Positions 17,739-28,062 of a DNA stretch of 32,000 nucleotides are shown here, in pieces (the stretch's first letter is position 1; each line of letters opens with the position of its first letter). The notes under the pieces were generated by a model. The model saw only the letters and a program-made list of their open reading frames with translations, was not told where the DNA came from and did no database searches. Position numbers and translations under genes: made by a program. Source of the stretch: Nitrosopumilus maritimus SCM1 (GTDB lineage Archaea; Thermoproteota; Nitrososphaeria; Nitrososphaerales; Nitrosopumilaceae); contig NC_010085.1 of assembly GCF_000018465.1 (NCBI RefSeq), forward strand, positions 30,001 through 62,000. The letters are read 5' to 3'.

Positions 17739-18474
17739 CCTTGTTTTTAATTCCTATTTTTGATAATTTTAATTGAAATTCTTTTGTGTTTCCAGAAGTG
17801 AAAATTTTTAAAGAATTTTTTTTAGATTGTTTGTTTTTTATTTTGAAATAAATTTTTTGAGCTACAATATTTCCTGGATCAACAAATTGTATGTTTGGAA
17901 ATTCTTTTTCTAAATATTTTTTTAAAAATGGTAAATGTGTACTCGATAATGTAACAGCATCGATTTGATTTTCATTCAATATTTCTAATTTTTTTTTAAT
18001 GATCTTTTCACAATATTTTTTTTCTGTAAGAAATTTTCCTGATTCAACTAAATCTACAAGTTTTGTTCCATTAATTTTAAAAATTTTAAAAGACTTTGGG
18101 ATGTTTTCTTGAATGTATTTTGATAATCCTTTACTTTTTGTTGCCGATTCTGTTGCAAGTATCCCGATTTGTTTTGACTTTGTGATTTTTTTTGCTTCTT
18201 TTAGAGGTGGCTTTACAACAAAGATTCTATTTGTGCCTAAATCTAACATAAGGCTAGGCGTATTTGATGCAACAACTATGAAATCAGGAGAGAATTTTTC
18301 TAACAAATTGATAGATTTACGCATAATTCTTTCCAATTGAGCCTGAGATTTTTTGCCATAAGGGTAACTTTGCTGGTCTGCAAAGTAGATGATTTCAGAC
18401 TTGAATGCTTTTTGCATTTCTTTAATTATAGATAATGAGCCTAGTCCTGAATCAAAAACTGCAATTTTAGCCAC
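17719..18474 (-). CDS. murI: glutamate racemase (MurI) family homologue with both catalytic cysteines replaced by serine
   Basis: IAVFDSGLGSLSIIKEM, YFADQQSYPYGKKS, VVASNTPS (expected ACNT) and TLSSTHLPFL (expected GCTH). GTG start. The gene is very AT-rich. Confidence 0.7.
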   Translation of the reverse strand: MAKIAVFDSGLGSLSIIKEMQKAFKSEIIYFADQQSYPYGKKSQAQLERIMRKSINLLEKFSPDFIVVASNTPSLMLDLGTNRIFVVKPPLKEAKKITKSKQIGILATESATKSKGLSKYIQENIPKSFKIFKINGTKLVDLVESGKFLTEKKYCEKIIKKKLEILNENQIDAVTLSSTHLPFLKKYLEKEFPNIQFVDPGNIVAQKIYFKIKNKQSKKNSLKIFTSGNTKEFQLKLSKIGIKNKVNFLSF

Positions 18475-18579
18475 AACATTATCAAAAGAATCTCAGAATA
18501 ATAGTTTGTTAGCTAATTTTACCCAAAAACTGATCTAAATTTACACCCGACATTAAGACTAAATTTCTAAATCCAAATC

Positions 18580-19230
18580 ATGCCAAACTTCGACAAGACT
18601 TGGGCTCGACAAGAGACCCAAAGCGTAACTGGCAAACTCCGAGAAGCAGTAAAGCCTCAAGGTGCATTAAAACCACGAATCCAAACTGCAGTAAACAAAC
18701 TACAAGTCCAAATTTCAAAGATGGACTCTATGTTAGGAAAACTGCACGAAAGAGATGCGCAACTCTTTCAGAGAGTCGTGACTGCAATGCAGCAACATGA
18801 TACTAGCACAAGTAGAGTTTTGTCTAACGAATTAGCTGAAATTCGTAAGGTTACAAAGATGCTCGGCAACGCAAGAATGTCATTAGAACAAGTCCAACTA
18901 AGACTCACAACTATTCATGATCTTGGTGACGCTATGGTGGCAATCGGACCAGCAATGTCTACAATGAAGGGATTGAAGTCATCGCTAGGAAGATTCATGC
19001 CAGAAGCAGACTCAGAATTGAATACCATGACCCAGACACTCAATGGACTTATGATGGATTCACTTGCAGGAGACTCATTTAACATGGAGTCAGACGTTTC
19101 TAGTGAAGAAACAGAGAAGATCCTACAAGAAGCATCTGCAGTAGCTGAACAACAGATTGGTGATAAGTTCCCATCTGTACCTTCCTCAACTGGACTTTCG
19201 TCAGGAACCTCTACTTCTACCTTCGAGTAG
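18580..19230 (+). CDS. cdvB: ESCRT-III / Snf7-family protein (CdvB paralogue)
   Basis: Helical Snf7-like core (KLQVQISKMDSMLGKLHERDAQLFQRVV...LEQVQLRLTTIHDLGDAMVAIGPAMSTMKGL...LNGLMMD), an acidic segment, and an S/T-rich tail. Confidence 0.75.
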   Translation: MPNFDKTWARQETQSVTGKLREAVKPQGALKPRIQTAVNKLQVQISKMDSMLGKLHERDAQLFQRVVTAMQQHDTSTSRVLSNELAEIRKVTKMLGNARMSLEQVQLRLTTIHDLGDAMVAIGPAMSTMKGLKSSLGRFMPEADSELNTMTQTLNGLMMDSLAGDSFNMESDVSSEETEKILQEASAVAEQQIGDKFPSVPSSTGLSSGTSTSTFE

Positions 19231-19277
19231 TTGGGAAAAGACGTCAGTCGTTTCTTTTTATTTTAATTTCTAAAAAA

Positions 19278-20438
19278 CTAGTTTAGCAATTTTTCTTTGA
19301 AGGTAAATTTCTTGTTTAATACAAAGTTTCCAAAAGCTGCTGTAGCCACTGCTAAAATTAATGCTAATGGATATGAAATCTCAGCACTATCCACTAGGAA
19401 ATACACCATTCCTAATTGTACTAATGCACCTAGCGAACTAAACAATGCAAACTTGCCATATTGTGACATTGTCTTTTTAATTCTGAAATCTCTATCTCCA
19501 AATGTCCATGCTTTGTTTAGAATAAAATTAGTTGAAATTGATGCAATAATTCCAATAACATTTGCATGCAAGTACCACATATCTGAAATTCCACCTGCAA
19601 ATAATAATGAAATCAAATAGTTTACTACAAATCCAGAAGCTCCAACTGTATAGAATCTTGCTGCTTTGTAAAGAAATTTCACAGACTTTCTCTTCTCTTT
19701 CTCTTCTTCTGGCTTTCCATATCTGTAAAGCTTCCAAACCGATTTGTAATAGTCAAAGACTGTTTTCATACTTAGTTTACTAGAACCTAATTCTCTATCT
19801 TGAAATGTGTATGGAATTTCTGTAATTGAAACATTTTTTGTTTTAACAAGAATTTCCAAAAGGATTTTGTAACCAATTGCGTCAATATTTAGTCCATTAA
19901 GAATATTTTTTTTGAATGCAAAAAACCCAGACATTGGATCTTTTGTATTAATTCCCAATCCTTTTTTTGCAATAAGTGTTGCAAATTTACTAATTAGTTT
20001 TCTTTTTGCAGACCAATTTTCAATTTTACCACCTTTAATGTAACGTGATGCAACTGCAATGTCGTATTGGTATTTTTTTATTGATTCAACTAATTTTGGA
20101 ATAATTTGTGGTGGATGAGAAAAATCAGAATCCATGACAACAATTGTATCGCCTGTTGCTTGCTGAATTCCTTTAAGAATTGCAGAACCTAAACCATCTT
20201 TTGTTTTTCTATGAATGACTTCAATTGTATAATTTGTAATTTTCTTCAAATTTTTTAGATAATCATCAACAATTTTCCCTGTTCCATCAGGAGAATTATC
20301 ATCAACAACAATTGCTTGAGCCGAAATATTTTTGGGTAAATTTTCTTTAATTGATTTTAAAATGTTGAGAATATTTTGAGATTCATTATATGTAGGAATT
20401 ATGATTGAGATCTGATTATTTGGCTTTTCTACCAACAT
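19278..20438 (-). CDS. GT2 glycosyltransferase (dolichyl-phosphate mannose/glucose synthase-like) fused to a C-terminal GtrA-like membrane domain
   Basis: ISIIIPTYNES, VVDDNSPDGT and MDSDFSHPP motifs are followed by 4 hydrophobic helices (FYTVGASGFVVNYLI...FGNFVLNKKFTF) typical of GtrA. Confidence 0.8.
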   Translation of the reverse strand: MLVEKPNNQISIIIPTYNESQNILNILKSIKENLPKNISAQAIVVDDNSPDGTGKIVDDYLKNLKKITNYTIEVIHRKTKDGLGSAILKGIQQATGDTIVVMDSDFSHPPQIIPKLVESIKKYQYDIAVASRYIKGGKIENWSAKRKLISKFATLIAKKGLGINTKDPMSGFFAFKKNILNGLNIDAIGYKILLEILVKTKNVSITEIPYTFQDRELGSSKLSMKTVFDYYKSVWKLYRYGKPEEEKEKRKSVKFLYKAARFYTVGASGFVVNYLISLLFAGGISDMWYLHANVIGIIASISTNFILNKAWTFGDRDFRIKKTMSQYGKFALFSSLGALVQLGMVYFLVDSAEISYPLALILAVATAAFGNFVLNKKFTFKEKLLN

Positions 20439-20599
20439 ATTTCCCCAGAAATTTTCAGTAGTTATTAATTTTTAATTATTTTTTAGGCTTGGCAGTCTAT
20501 TTTTTTAACTCTCAAATTCTACCATTTCCCTAAAAACCATTAATCAAAATTTGAGTATCAGAATGAAATAGATCTCTAAACGAATCTCAGTTATTCGGA

Positions 20600-22057
20600 C
20601 TATGGAAAACTAACAGATTCTAAAAGAATAGAATCCATATCAGAAATCTTTACCCTAGATTGTTCCATAGAGTCTCTTTTTCTAATTGTAACAGTATCGT
20701 CTTCTAACGTCTGATGATCAACCGTAACTGCAAAAGGAGCTCCAATCTCGTCTAACCTTCTATATCTTCTGCCAATTGCACCTGAATGATCTAAGAAAGC
20801 ATCAAACTTTCGTTTAATGGAAAGATAAATCTCATCTGTTTTCTCTTTTAATCCATCTTTTTTTACTAGTGATAAAATTCCAACATGAGTTGGTGCTAAG
20901 TATGGTTTTAGTGATAAAACTATTCTTTCATGTTCTTTGTCATCCTTGAGTGAGTGTTCCAAAATTGTGTATAAACTCCTATCAATTCCCATTGAAATCT
21001 CAAATACGTGTGGTAATACCTTATCATCTCCATCCATAATCTCAAACTTTTCCTTACTCTTGTTTGCATGACTTGACAAGTCATAGTCTGATCTATAGTT
21101 GCATGCAACTAGTTCTAACCAACCAATTGTGGTTTCTACCTCAAAATCAAATGCAACTTCTGCATAGAATGCCTTTTCCTTTTCTCCCAATTTCCTAAAT
21201 CTACTTTTTGAAATATCTATACCTGTTTTTTCATAAAATTCAGTTAATATTCCTAGATAATATGCTACAAACTTGTTTGGAACAGTTCCAGACTCTATTG
21301 CTTCTTTACAAGTCATTTCAACTGGTTCAGAATCTGTTTGAACTCTGATTACTGTGTCTTGAACTTCTGTAAACTTTTCAACTTCATCCAGTTTTGATGG
21401 ATTACAAAAAACTTCAATCTCTGCTTGATAAAATTCTCTTAGACGCAATAGACTTTGTCTGGGAGCAATTTCATTTCTAAAACTCTTTCCTACCTGTGCA
21501 ATTCCTAAAGGAAGCTTTCCTCTCATAGTTTTGTATAATCTAGGAAAATCTACAAAGATTGATTGACAAGTTTCTGGTCTAAGGTATGCTTCCTCTTCTT
21601 CAGGACCAATTCCCACTCTAAACATCATATTGAAATTCTTTGTTTTATCAAAATCCCCCTTACACTTTGGACATTTTATATTATTTTGACTAATTGCATT
21701 ATCAAACTCTTCCAAATCTGCGCTTTCAGGAATTTCAATTTGAGTTAACTCTGCAATTGTTCTATCTGCTCTAAATGTTGAATTACATTTTGTACATTTT
21801 ATTATCGGATCAGCAAAATTTCCCAAATGTCCTGAAGCTTCAAATACTGATTTTGACATTATCTGTGAACCATCGATCTCAAGCATTCCATCTCTTCTGA
21901 TTAGTTCTCTTCTCCACAATTCTAGAAATTTATTTTTTAATCCTACTCCCGTTGGACCATATTCCCAAAATCCAGCTTGTGCATCAGCATAAACTTCACA
22001 ACTTGGAAAGTAAAATCCTCTCTCAAGTGCTAATTTCATTACTGCTTCATAGTCCAT
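20600..22057 (-). CDS. glyS: glycine--tRNA ligase (archaeal/eukaryotic alpha2 type)
   Basis: RGFYFPSCEVYADAQAGFWEYGPTGVGLKN, FRNEIAPRQSLLRLREFYQAEIE (class II motif 2), and GIDRSLYTILEHS. Confidence 0.9.
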   Translation of the reverse strand: MDYEAVMKLALERGFYFPSCEVYADAQAGFWEYGPTGVGLKNKFLELWRRELIRRDGMLEIDGSQIMSKSVFEASGHLGNFADPIIKCTKCNSTFRADRTIAELTQIEIPESADLEEFDNAISQNNIKCPKCKGDFDKTKNFNMMFRVGIGPEEEEAYLRPETCQSIFVDFPRLYKTMRGKLPLGIAQVGKSFRNEIAPRQSLLRLREFYQAEIEVFCNPSKLDEVEKFTEVQDTVIRVQTDSEPVEMTCKEAIESGTVPNKFVAYYLGILTEFYEKTGIDISKSRFRKLGEKEKAFYAEVAFDFEVETTIGWLELVACNYRSDYDLSSHANKSKEKFEIMDGDDKVLPHVFEISMGIDRSLYTILEHSLKDDKEHERIVLSLKPYLAPTHVGILSLVKKDGLKEKTDEIYLSIKRKFDAFLDHSGAIGRRYRRLDEIGAPFAVTVDHQTLEDDTVTIRKRDSMEQSRVKISDMDSILLESVSFP

Positions 22058-22087
22058 ATTTACTCACTAAAACCATTGAATAAATTT

Positions 22088-22927
22088 CTACGCAAATTCT
22101 TTTGCTTTTCTAATGTTCTCAAAATCATCTCTATCGTCATCAATAGGAGTCTCTAAAATTATGGGTATTTTTTTCTTGTTTGCAAACTTTACAATGGCAG
22201 AAATTCCTTTCTCGCCAATTCCTCCCATTCCTAAATGGTAGTGCCTATCAAGATTACAACCAAGATCTCCTTTAGCGTCATTTAGATGAAGAATTTTCAA
22301 ATTATCTATTCCTACATATTTATCAAATTCTGAAAAAGTTTCTTTGACTTTTGCTTCGGTTCTTAAATCATATCCAAAAACAAATGCATGACATGTATCT
22401 AAACAAACACCAAATTTTTTTGCAGGTTTTAGTTGTTTGAATATTTCTCCTAATTGTTTAAAATCTGAACCAACAGAATTTTTTTGTCCTGCTGTATTTT
22501 CTAATAAAATCATTACATCATTTTTTGTTTTACCTGCTTCAGTTAATCCTTTAACTAATTTCTTAATTCCTGCCTCTTCTCCAGTTCCTAAATGACTTCC
22601 AAGGTGTGTTACAAGATATGGAATTCCTAATTGTGCACATCTCTCAACTTCATCTACCAAAGTTTTTACTGATTTTTCAAACCCATCTTCTTTTGGAGTA
22701 GCTAAATTTGGTAAGTATGGCATATGTGCACATGTTGCAAATCTATCAATTTTACTTTCTTTTAATTTTGATTTAAAATTGGTAATGTCATCTTTTGTTA
22801 ATGTCTTTGCATGCCATCCTCTTGGATTTCTAGTAAAGATTTGAAACGCTGAACATTCTCTTTCTACTGCATTGTCCACTGATTTGTCAATAGATCCTGA
22901 AATTGACACATGACAGCCGATCTGCAT
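22088..22927 (-). CDS. nfo: endonuclease IV (AP endonuclease, TIM barrel)
   Basis: MQIGCHVSISG, FQIFTRNPRGW, LVTHLGSH, LENTAG, CLDTCHAF and LHLNDAK are metal-ligand motifs of Nfo. Confidence 0.9.
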   Translation of the reverse strand: MQIGCHVSISGSIDKSVDNAVERECSAFQIFTRNPRGWHAKTLTKDDITNFKSKLKESKIDRFATCAHMPYLPNLATPKEDGFEKSVKTLVDEVERCAQLGIPYLVTHLGSHLGTGEEAGIKKLVKGLTEAGKTKNDVMILLENTAGQKNSVGSDFKQLGEIFKQLKPAKKFGVCLDTCHAFVFGYDLRTEAKVKETFSEFDKYVGIDNLKILHLNDAKGDLGCNLDRHYHLGMGGIGEKGISAIVKFANKKKIPIILETPIDDDRDDFENIRKAKEFA

Positions 22928-23012
22928 ATTCCAAATTTTATTAAAACATAATTTAAACCAGCATCAAATATACTGAAACCAGATTTTTAAGTAAACTAGG
23001 TAATTTACTAGT

Positions 23013-24038
23013 ATGCTGGCACTTGGACAAGATGAAATTGCAAAATACCCATTCTTAGCTGATGCTGGTCAGTATCTGAAAGATAAGGGATTCACCTTAG
23101 AACAATTTGGAACAGATCCTGATCTTAAGGAACTGATAACTAAGGCATATGAGAGAATTCAAGTTGCAGCAGATGGCAAGATCTACAAATCTGATCTTAT
23201 TGGGGATCAGGTCTCAAAAGAAGCAGCACTACCTAGAGAAGTTTTCTCATTTTTACTCGCTATAGTTTTGTTAAAACTAAGTGGTATGCATACTCTAATC
23301 AAGAGATTTGCGCTAGCTGAGGCAAGACGAGCTGAAAAATATCTAGAAAAGGACCTAGCAGATATTTCAGATGAATCAAAAAAACAATTAGCAATTAGGG
23401 TAATTGATGATTTATTTTCAGTTCAAATAGAAAAACTGGATGATTATTTTGTAATTCCCGTATCTGATTATCTAAAACATTCTATTAATTTTCATGAAAG
23501 GGAATGGAAATTAATTAATAGACATGTTGAAAATGGACAAGTCTTTCTTACTCCTCATGAAACTGTGAGATTGATTAGAAAAGAACTTGGTACATACATC
23601 AATTCAAAAATAGTAAATGCAAAAACACCAACAATGATTCCTGGCTTTGAAGATTCTGTAAACAAACTTGTAATGTTATCAAAAAAATTCTCAACTTTTA
23701 CAGTAACAACTGGAGAATATCCTCCATGCATCAAACATGCAATTGACATACTTGAAAAAGGTGAAAATCTTCCACACTCTGGTAGATTTATGTTAGCAAC
23801 TTTTCTTCTTTCAAAAGGACAATCTGTTCAACAAATTGCACCATTATTCAAGAATGCTCCTGATTATAATGAGCGCGTAACTCTTTACCAACTCAATCAT
23901 TTAGCTGGAACTTCTGGCAGTGGCACCCAATATTCTTGTCCTTCATGTGAAAAATTAAAAACACAAAGTCTTTGTTTTGCAACATCTGAATGTGATGGCA
24001 TAATCACTCCACTTCAATTTGGAAAAAAGAGAAAATAA
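23013..24038 (+). CDS. priL: DNA primase large (regulatory) subunit PriL
   Basis: PPCIKHAIDILEKGENLPHSGRFMLATFLLSKGQSVQQIAPLF and C-terminal Fe-S cysteines YSCPSCEKLKTQSLC. Confidence 0.85.
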   Translation: MLALGQDEIAKYPFLADAGQYLKDKGFTLEQFGTDPDLKELITKAYERIQVAADGKIYKSDLIGDQVSKEAALPREVFSFLLAIVLLKLSGMHTLIKRFALAEARRAEKYLEKDLADISDESKKQLAIRVIDDLFSVQIEKLDDYFVIPVSDYLKHSINFHEREWKLINRHVENGQVFLTPHETVRLIRKELGTYINSKIVNAKTPTMIPGFEDSVNKLVMLSKKFSTFTVTTGEYPPCIKHAIDILEKGENLPHSGRFMLATFLLSKGQSVQQIAPLFKNAPDYNERVTLYQLNHLAGTSGSGTQYSCPSCEKLKTQSLCFATSECDGIITPLQFGKKRK

Positions 24039-25159
24039 TGAATGAAACTGATATAAAATTTCTAGAAAGTGCGTTCAAAAAATATTATTTTGAACAATTC
24101 GAATTGATTAGAGTACCAGAACGTACATCTGAAAGAGAATTTGGTTATCAAAAATTCAACTCAGGAATGACACGTCATATTTCAGTCAAAGATGACAAAG
24201 AACTGCATTTACTACTAATGCAAAACGTTCCATCTGATGTCTATTGTTCAAATGCATACTATTCATTTCCAAATTTACCTATGAATGAGAAAGATTGGAA
24301 GGAAGCTGATCTTATTTTTGATATTGATGCAAAGGATCTTAATCTATCGTGTAGAGGAAATCATACTTTATCAATATGCAATGAATGTCATGAAATTTCA
24401 AATAATTCTGAAAAATGTTCAAAATGTAACTCTACAAAATTAGAAAAAAAATCTTTGCCATGTAAGAATTGTATAGACTCTTCAAAAATTGAAGTTAAAA
24501 AATTATCAGAAATTCTAACAAATGATCTTTCAGTAAACAAAGATGATATTCAAGTATATTTTTCTGGGAATGAAGGATTTCATATCTATGTTTATAATTC
24601 ACAATTTCAACAAAATGGTTCTAGAGAAAGATCAGAGCTTGTAGATTACATTATGTTTAATGGTGCAATCCCTGAAAAATTTGGAATGAAAAAATTTAAG
24701 CCAAATAGAAATTCTTTTCCAGATTTTGATGAAGCTGGATGGAAAGGACGATTTTCAAAATATGTTTATGGGTCAAAATCAAAAAGATCAAAGATCGTCT
24801 CAGAATTACTTTCAAATGGTTATTCATCATTCCAAAAAACTTTGGATGATGTTTCTGAAAATATTGGTACAAAAATTGATCCAAATGTTACAATGGATAT
24901 TCATAGAATCTTTCGTTTACCAGGCTCTATCAATAGTAAAAGCGGTCTTACAAAAATTCATTGTAAAGACTTGGTAAAATTTGATGCTTATGTCGATTCA
25001 TCTTTTCTTAGTGATGATAGTGTTGAAGTCTTAGCAAATTGTCCAATTGAGTTTAAATTAAAAAATAAAAAATTTGGGCCATATCATAACGAAAAAGTAA
25101 GTGTTCCTACATTTGCTGCAGTCTATATGGTATGCAAAAAACTAGCAACAATAGCCTAA
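24038..25159 (+). CDS. priS: DNA primase small (catalytic) subunit PriS
   Basis: Catalytic DLIFDIDAKD, zinc knuckle CNECHEISNNSEKCSKCNS, FSGNEGFHIYV and IFRLPGSINSKSG. The start overlaps the priL stop (TAATG). Confidence 0.85.
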   Translation: MNETDIKFLESAFKKYYFEQFELIRVPERTSEREFGYQKFNSGMTRHISVKDDKELHLLLMQNVPSDVYCSNAYYSFPNLPMNEKDWKEADLIFDIDAKDLNLSCRGNHTLSICNECHEISNNSEKCSKCNSTKLEKKSLPCKNCIDSSKIEVKKLSEILTNDLSVNKDDIQVYFSGNEGFHIYVYNSQFQQNGSRERSELVDYIMFNGAIPEKFGMKKFKPNRNSFPDFDEAGWKGRFSKYVYGSKSKRSKIVSELLSNGYSSFQKTLDDVSENIGTKIDPNVTMDIHRIFRLPGSINSKSGLTKIHCKDLVKFDAYVDSSFLSDDSVEVLANCPIEFKLKNKKFGPYHNEKVSVPTFAAVYMVCKKLATIA

Positions 25160-25200
25160 TTTTGCTGGTAAGACATTAATTTACCAAATCTTAACTCAAC

Positions 25201-28062
25201 TTGATTTTGTATAGCGCCTCTACTGATAAGCAGACTCCTCCTCCTGATGCTGGAAAATACATCAGATTAGGTATTATTGCAATCATTGGTATTGTTATTT
25301 TTGCAATTGTGGGAAATCAGGCAGTTATTTTATCGATGAATTTTACAGAATTTGGCGATCAATTTACCAAGCCTCTCTATTACACACTTGTATCTACTAT
25401 TATTTTAGCTGCCATTGCATTAGTTCGTGTTAATATCGCTGGACGATCTTCTATTTTCTGGTATGCAATTAATACTGCAATTGGATTTTTAGGTCGAAGT
25501 GGACAACAACCAATAACTAATGCTGTACCTAGTTTTAGAGACTACAAATTAAGTTCAGGCCAATTTATTCTCTGGCAAATTACCAAAATTTTCCTCTTTG
25601 GTGCATTCTTTGCAAATATCATGTTTGGATTTGCTGCAATGTCGTTTATTGATGGCAATTATCTTGGAATAGAAAATCTACCAAAATTATTTTCATTACC
25701 ATTTGTAACTCCCGAAACTGATCCAAATTATGCTGCAGAAAACGTAGTTCCAATGATACCTGCATTAGTAATTTTGATACCTCCAATACTTGCTGCAATT
25801 GGATTACGTTTAGTTTTGTATGTTGGCTTGCACAGAATAATTAATGTAATCACTTCATTTCTTCAAGACTCTAATGAAGGCAAACCCAGATACCTAAATT
25901 ATGTTTCTACCATTGAAGGAATAATTGGTATTGGAATACTCTGGGCAGGATTCAATCTCTTTTTCACTGATCAAATCGATTATAACACAAGATATGTCAT
26001 CGGTGGTACACTTGTTATTGGTTCTGCATTAATTGCATTTTCAGTAGTTGATAGGATTAGAGCACGTGTTCTAACTCATATGTTTAAGAGAGATGTATAC
26101 ATTAGAATTCTTACAATAATTGCAATTGCAATAATTATTGCGGGTGTTGTTTCTGTAAATAATAGCATTGCCGATGCAAAAAAGATTGAATTTTTGGGAC
26201 CATATACTGCCCAACAAATTGGTGTGAACAGATATCTTGGTGAACTAAATAATATACAAGAAAACACACATGATGTCCAACTCACATCTGTTTCTCCAAA
26301 CAATATCAAGAATTATGTCTCTCAAAACAGCGATGTTTTAGATGTAATTCGAGTTTGGGACTGGGAAGCAGCTTTTGCCAAATTAAAACCTGAAATTGGT
26401 TTGATCCCTTATGTTGACTTTGAAGATAATGATATTTTGAGATTTAACAATACTTTGTATTGGACAGCCTCCATGAAACCAATTCTTCCAACCTCTGTTA
26501 GCCTTGAAAATAGATGGTACAATGAGCATTTTGTATATACACATGTTCCAGAAGGATTCCTTACTTTAGAAGCAACAGACGGACAAATTGTTGATAGTGA
26601 GCAGTTTTTCAAACAAAGAGAAATTTACTATGGTGAAGGCGGTTTATTTGAACAAACCTGGTCAGGTTATCCTAATTCTAGGGGATCTGAAAGCGCAGAA
26701 CTTGGTGGCGTTTCATATTCTGGATTAGGAGGATTAGATGTTTCACCTCCATTGAGTTGGATATTTGAGCCAAACTTTTTGCTTTCATTTCCAGGAGAAT
26801 CTGTTCATATCATGAGATACAAAGATGTTCATGATAGAATGCAAACACTGTATCCTTATTTCCTCTATGACTTGTTTGGTAAAGAACTAGATTCACTTCC
26901 TGTTACTGATGGTGAAAACTCCTATTGGTTAATTCCATTAATCATTGGATTTGATACACGAGATGTTCCATGGTCTGTTGGAAATCCATATTTGCGTTTA
27001 GTTGGATATGCTCTTGTTGATTCATACGATGGTGACATTCAATTACTAAAGACAGGAGATGATTTCTTTACAGAAATGTTTGCAAGTCAATATGAAGAAC
27101 AATTCCAACCAATGCCTGCTTGGTTAGAGGAACAGATCAGATATCCTGTTGAGTTATTCAACTGGAAGACTGAGATGTACAATGTTTACCATGTCACAAA
27201 TGTTGAAACATTCATCCAAGCAAATGAATTTTATGAGATTCCTCGTGGTCTTGATACCTATTATGTTGAGGCAAAACCACCAGGATTTGATCAAACTGAA
27301 TTCTTAGGCTTATTATCATTAGAATTACGTGGATCTGAAGGAAGAAACCTTGCTGGATATATGGTAGTTGAAAACGATCTTACTAATCTAGGAGACTTGC
27401 AGTTCTATGAAGTTCCATTAGATTCTGAAACAAAACTAATTGGTCCAACCGCAGTTAGAGAAGCACTCGATAGAGATCCTGAATTTGCTCAATTAAAGAC
27501 ATTATTGAGAAATCCAAGAATTGGTGATAATATTCTCTACAGGGTAGGTGCTCATGATGTTTACTTTATTCCTGTTTATACTGCTGGTGCTGGTGGTGTA
27601 GTTGCACAATTAGGAACAATTGCAGCTGTAGGTGCTGCATTTAATGGAGAATACTTTGTTGGATTGGGAGATACTCAAGAACAAGCATTTGAAGCTTATC
27701 TGAAGAAAGTTTCAGGCGTAGCAGGTTCTATTACAGTAGCTGATGAGAATTATGTTGAGCTAGACAGAAATGATAGAATCGAAATCATCAAGAAAGTATT
27801 CGAAGAAAATGAAATTACTATATCTGAACCTACATCAATACAAATTCCATTATCATTCAATGAAGGAGAATTGTTCTTCTTTACTGAAAATGAACGTGAA
27901 GAAACTGTAGAATTCTTGTCCCAGTTTATTGATGACTTTGTAAAACCACGAAGTGATAGAGTATTCATGTGGCAAGAAGAAAATAATCTCAATATCGGAA
28001 CAATATATGTCAAGGATGGTATATCTGAGATTCATTATGTTTCAATTGAGGTAGGCAGCTAA
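25201..28062 (+). CDS. UPF0182-family large polytopic membrane protein (function unknown)
   Basis: 953 aa. The N-terminal ~310 aa contain about 7 hydrophobic helices. The large soluble part carries UPF0182-like signatures as I recall them: IRVWDWEA, RWYNEHFVYTH, YWLIPL, and IRYPVELFNWKTEMYNVYHV. TTG start. Confidence 0.7.
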   Translation: MILYSASTDKQTPPPDAGKYIRLGIIAIIGIVIFAIVGNQAVILSMNFTEFGDQFTKPLYYTLVSTIILAAIALVRVNIAGRSSIFWYAINTAIGFLGRSGQQPITNAVPSFRDYKLSSGQFILWQITKIFLFGAFFANIMFGFAAMSFIDGNYLGIENLPKLFSLPFVTPETDPNYAAENVVPMIPALVILIPPILAAIGLRLVLYVGLHRIINVITSFLQDSNEGKPRYLNYVSTIEGIIGIGILWAGFNLFFTDQIDYNTRYVIGGTLVIGSALIAFSVVDRIRARVLTHMFKRDVYIRILTIIAIAIIIAGVVSVNNSIADAKKIEFLGPYTAQQIGVNRYLGELNNIQENTHDVQLTSVSPNNIKNYVSQNSDVLDVIRVWDWEAAFAKLKPEIGLIPYVDFEDNDILRFNNTLYWTASMKPILPTSVSLENRWYNEHFVYTHVPEGFLTLEATDGQIVDSEQFFKQREIYYGEGGLFEQTWSGYPNSRGSESAELGGVSYSGLGGLDVSPPLSWIFEPNFLLSFPGESVHIMRYKDVHDRMQTLYPYFLYDLFGKELDSLPVTDGENSYWLIPLIIGFDTRDVPWSVGNPYLRLVGYALVDSYDGDIQLLKTGDDFFTEMFASQYEEQFQPMPAWLEEQIRYPVELFNWKTEMYNVYHVTNVETFIQANEFYEIPRGLDTYYVEAKPPGFDQTEFLGLLSLELRGSEGRNLAGYMVVENDLTNLGDLQFYEVPLDSETKLIGPTAVREALDRDPEFAQLKTLLRNPRIGDNILYRVGAHDVYFIPVYTAGAGGVVAQLGTIAAVGAAFNGEYFVGLGDTQEQAFEAYLKKVSGVAGSITVADENYVELDRNDRIEIIKKVFEENEITISEPTSIQIPLSFNEGELFFFTENEREETVEFLSQFIDDFVKPRSDRVFMWQEENNLNIGTIYVKDGISEIHYVSIEVGS

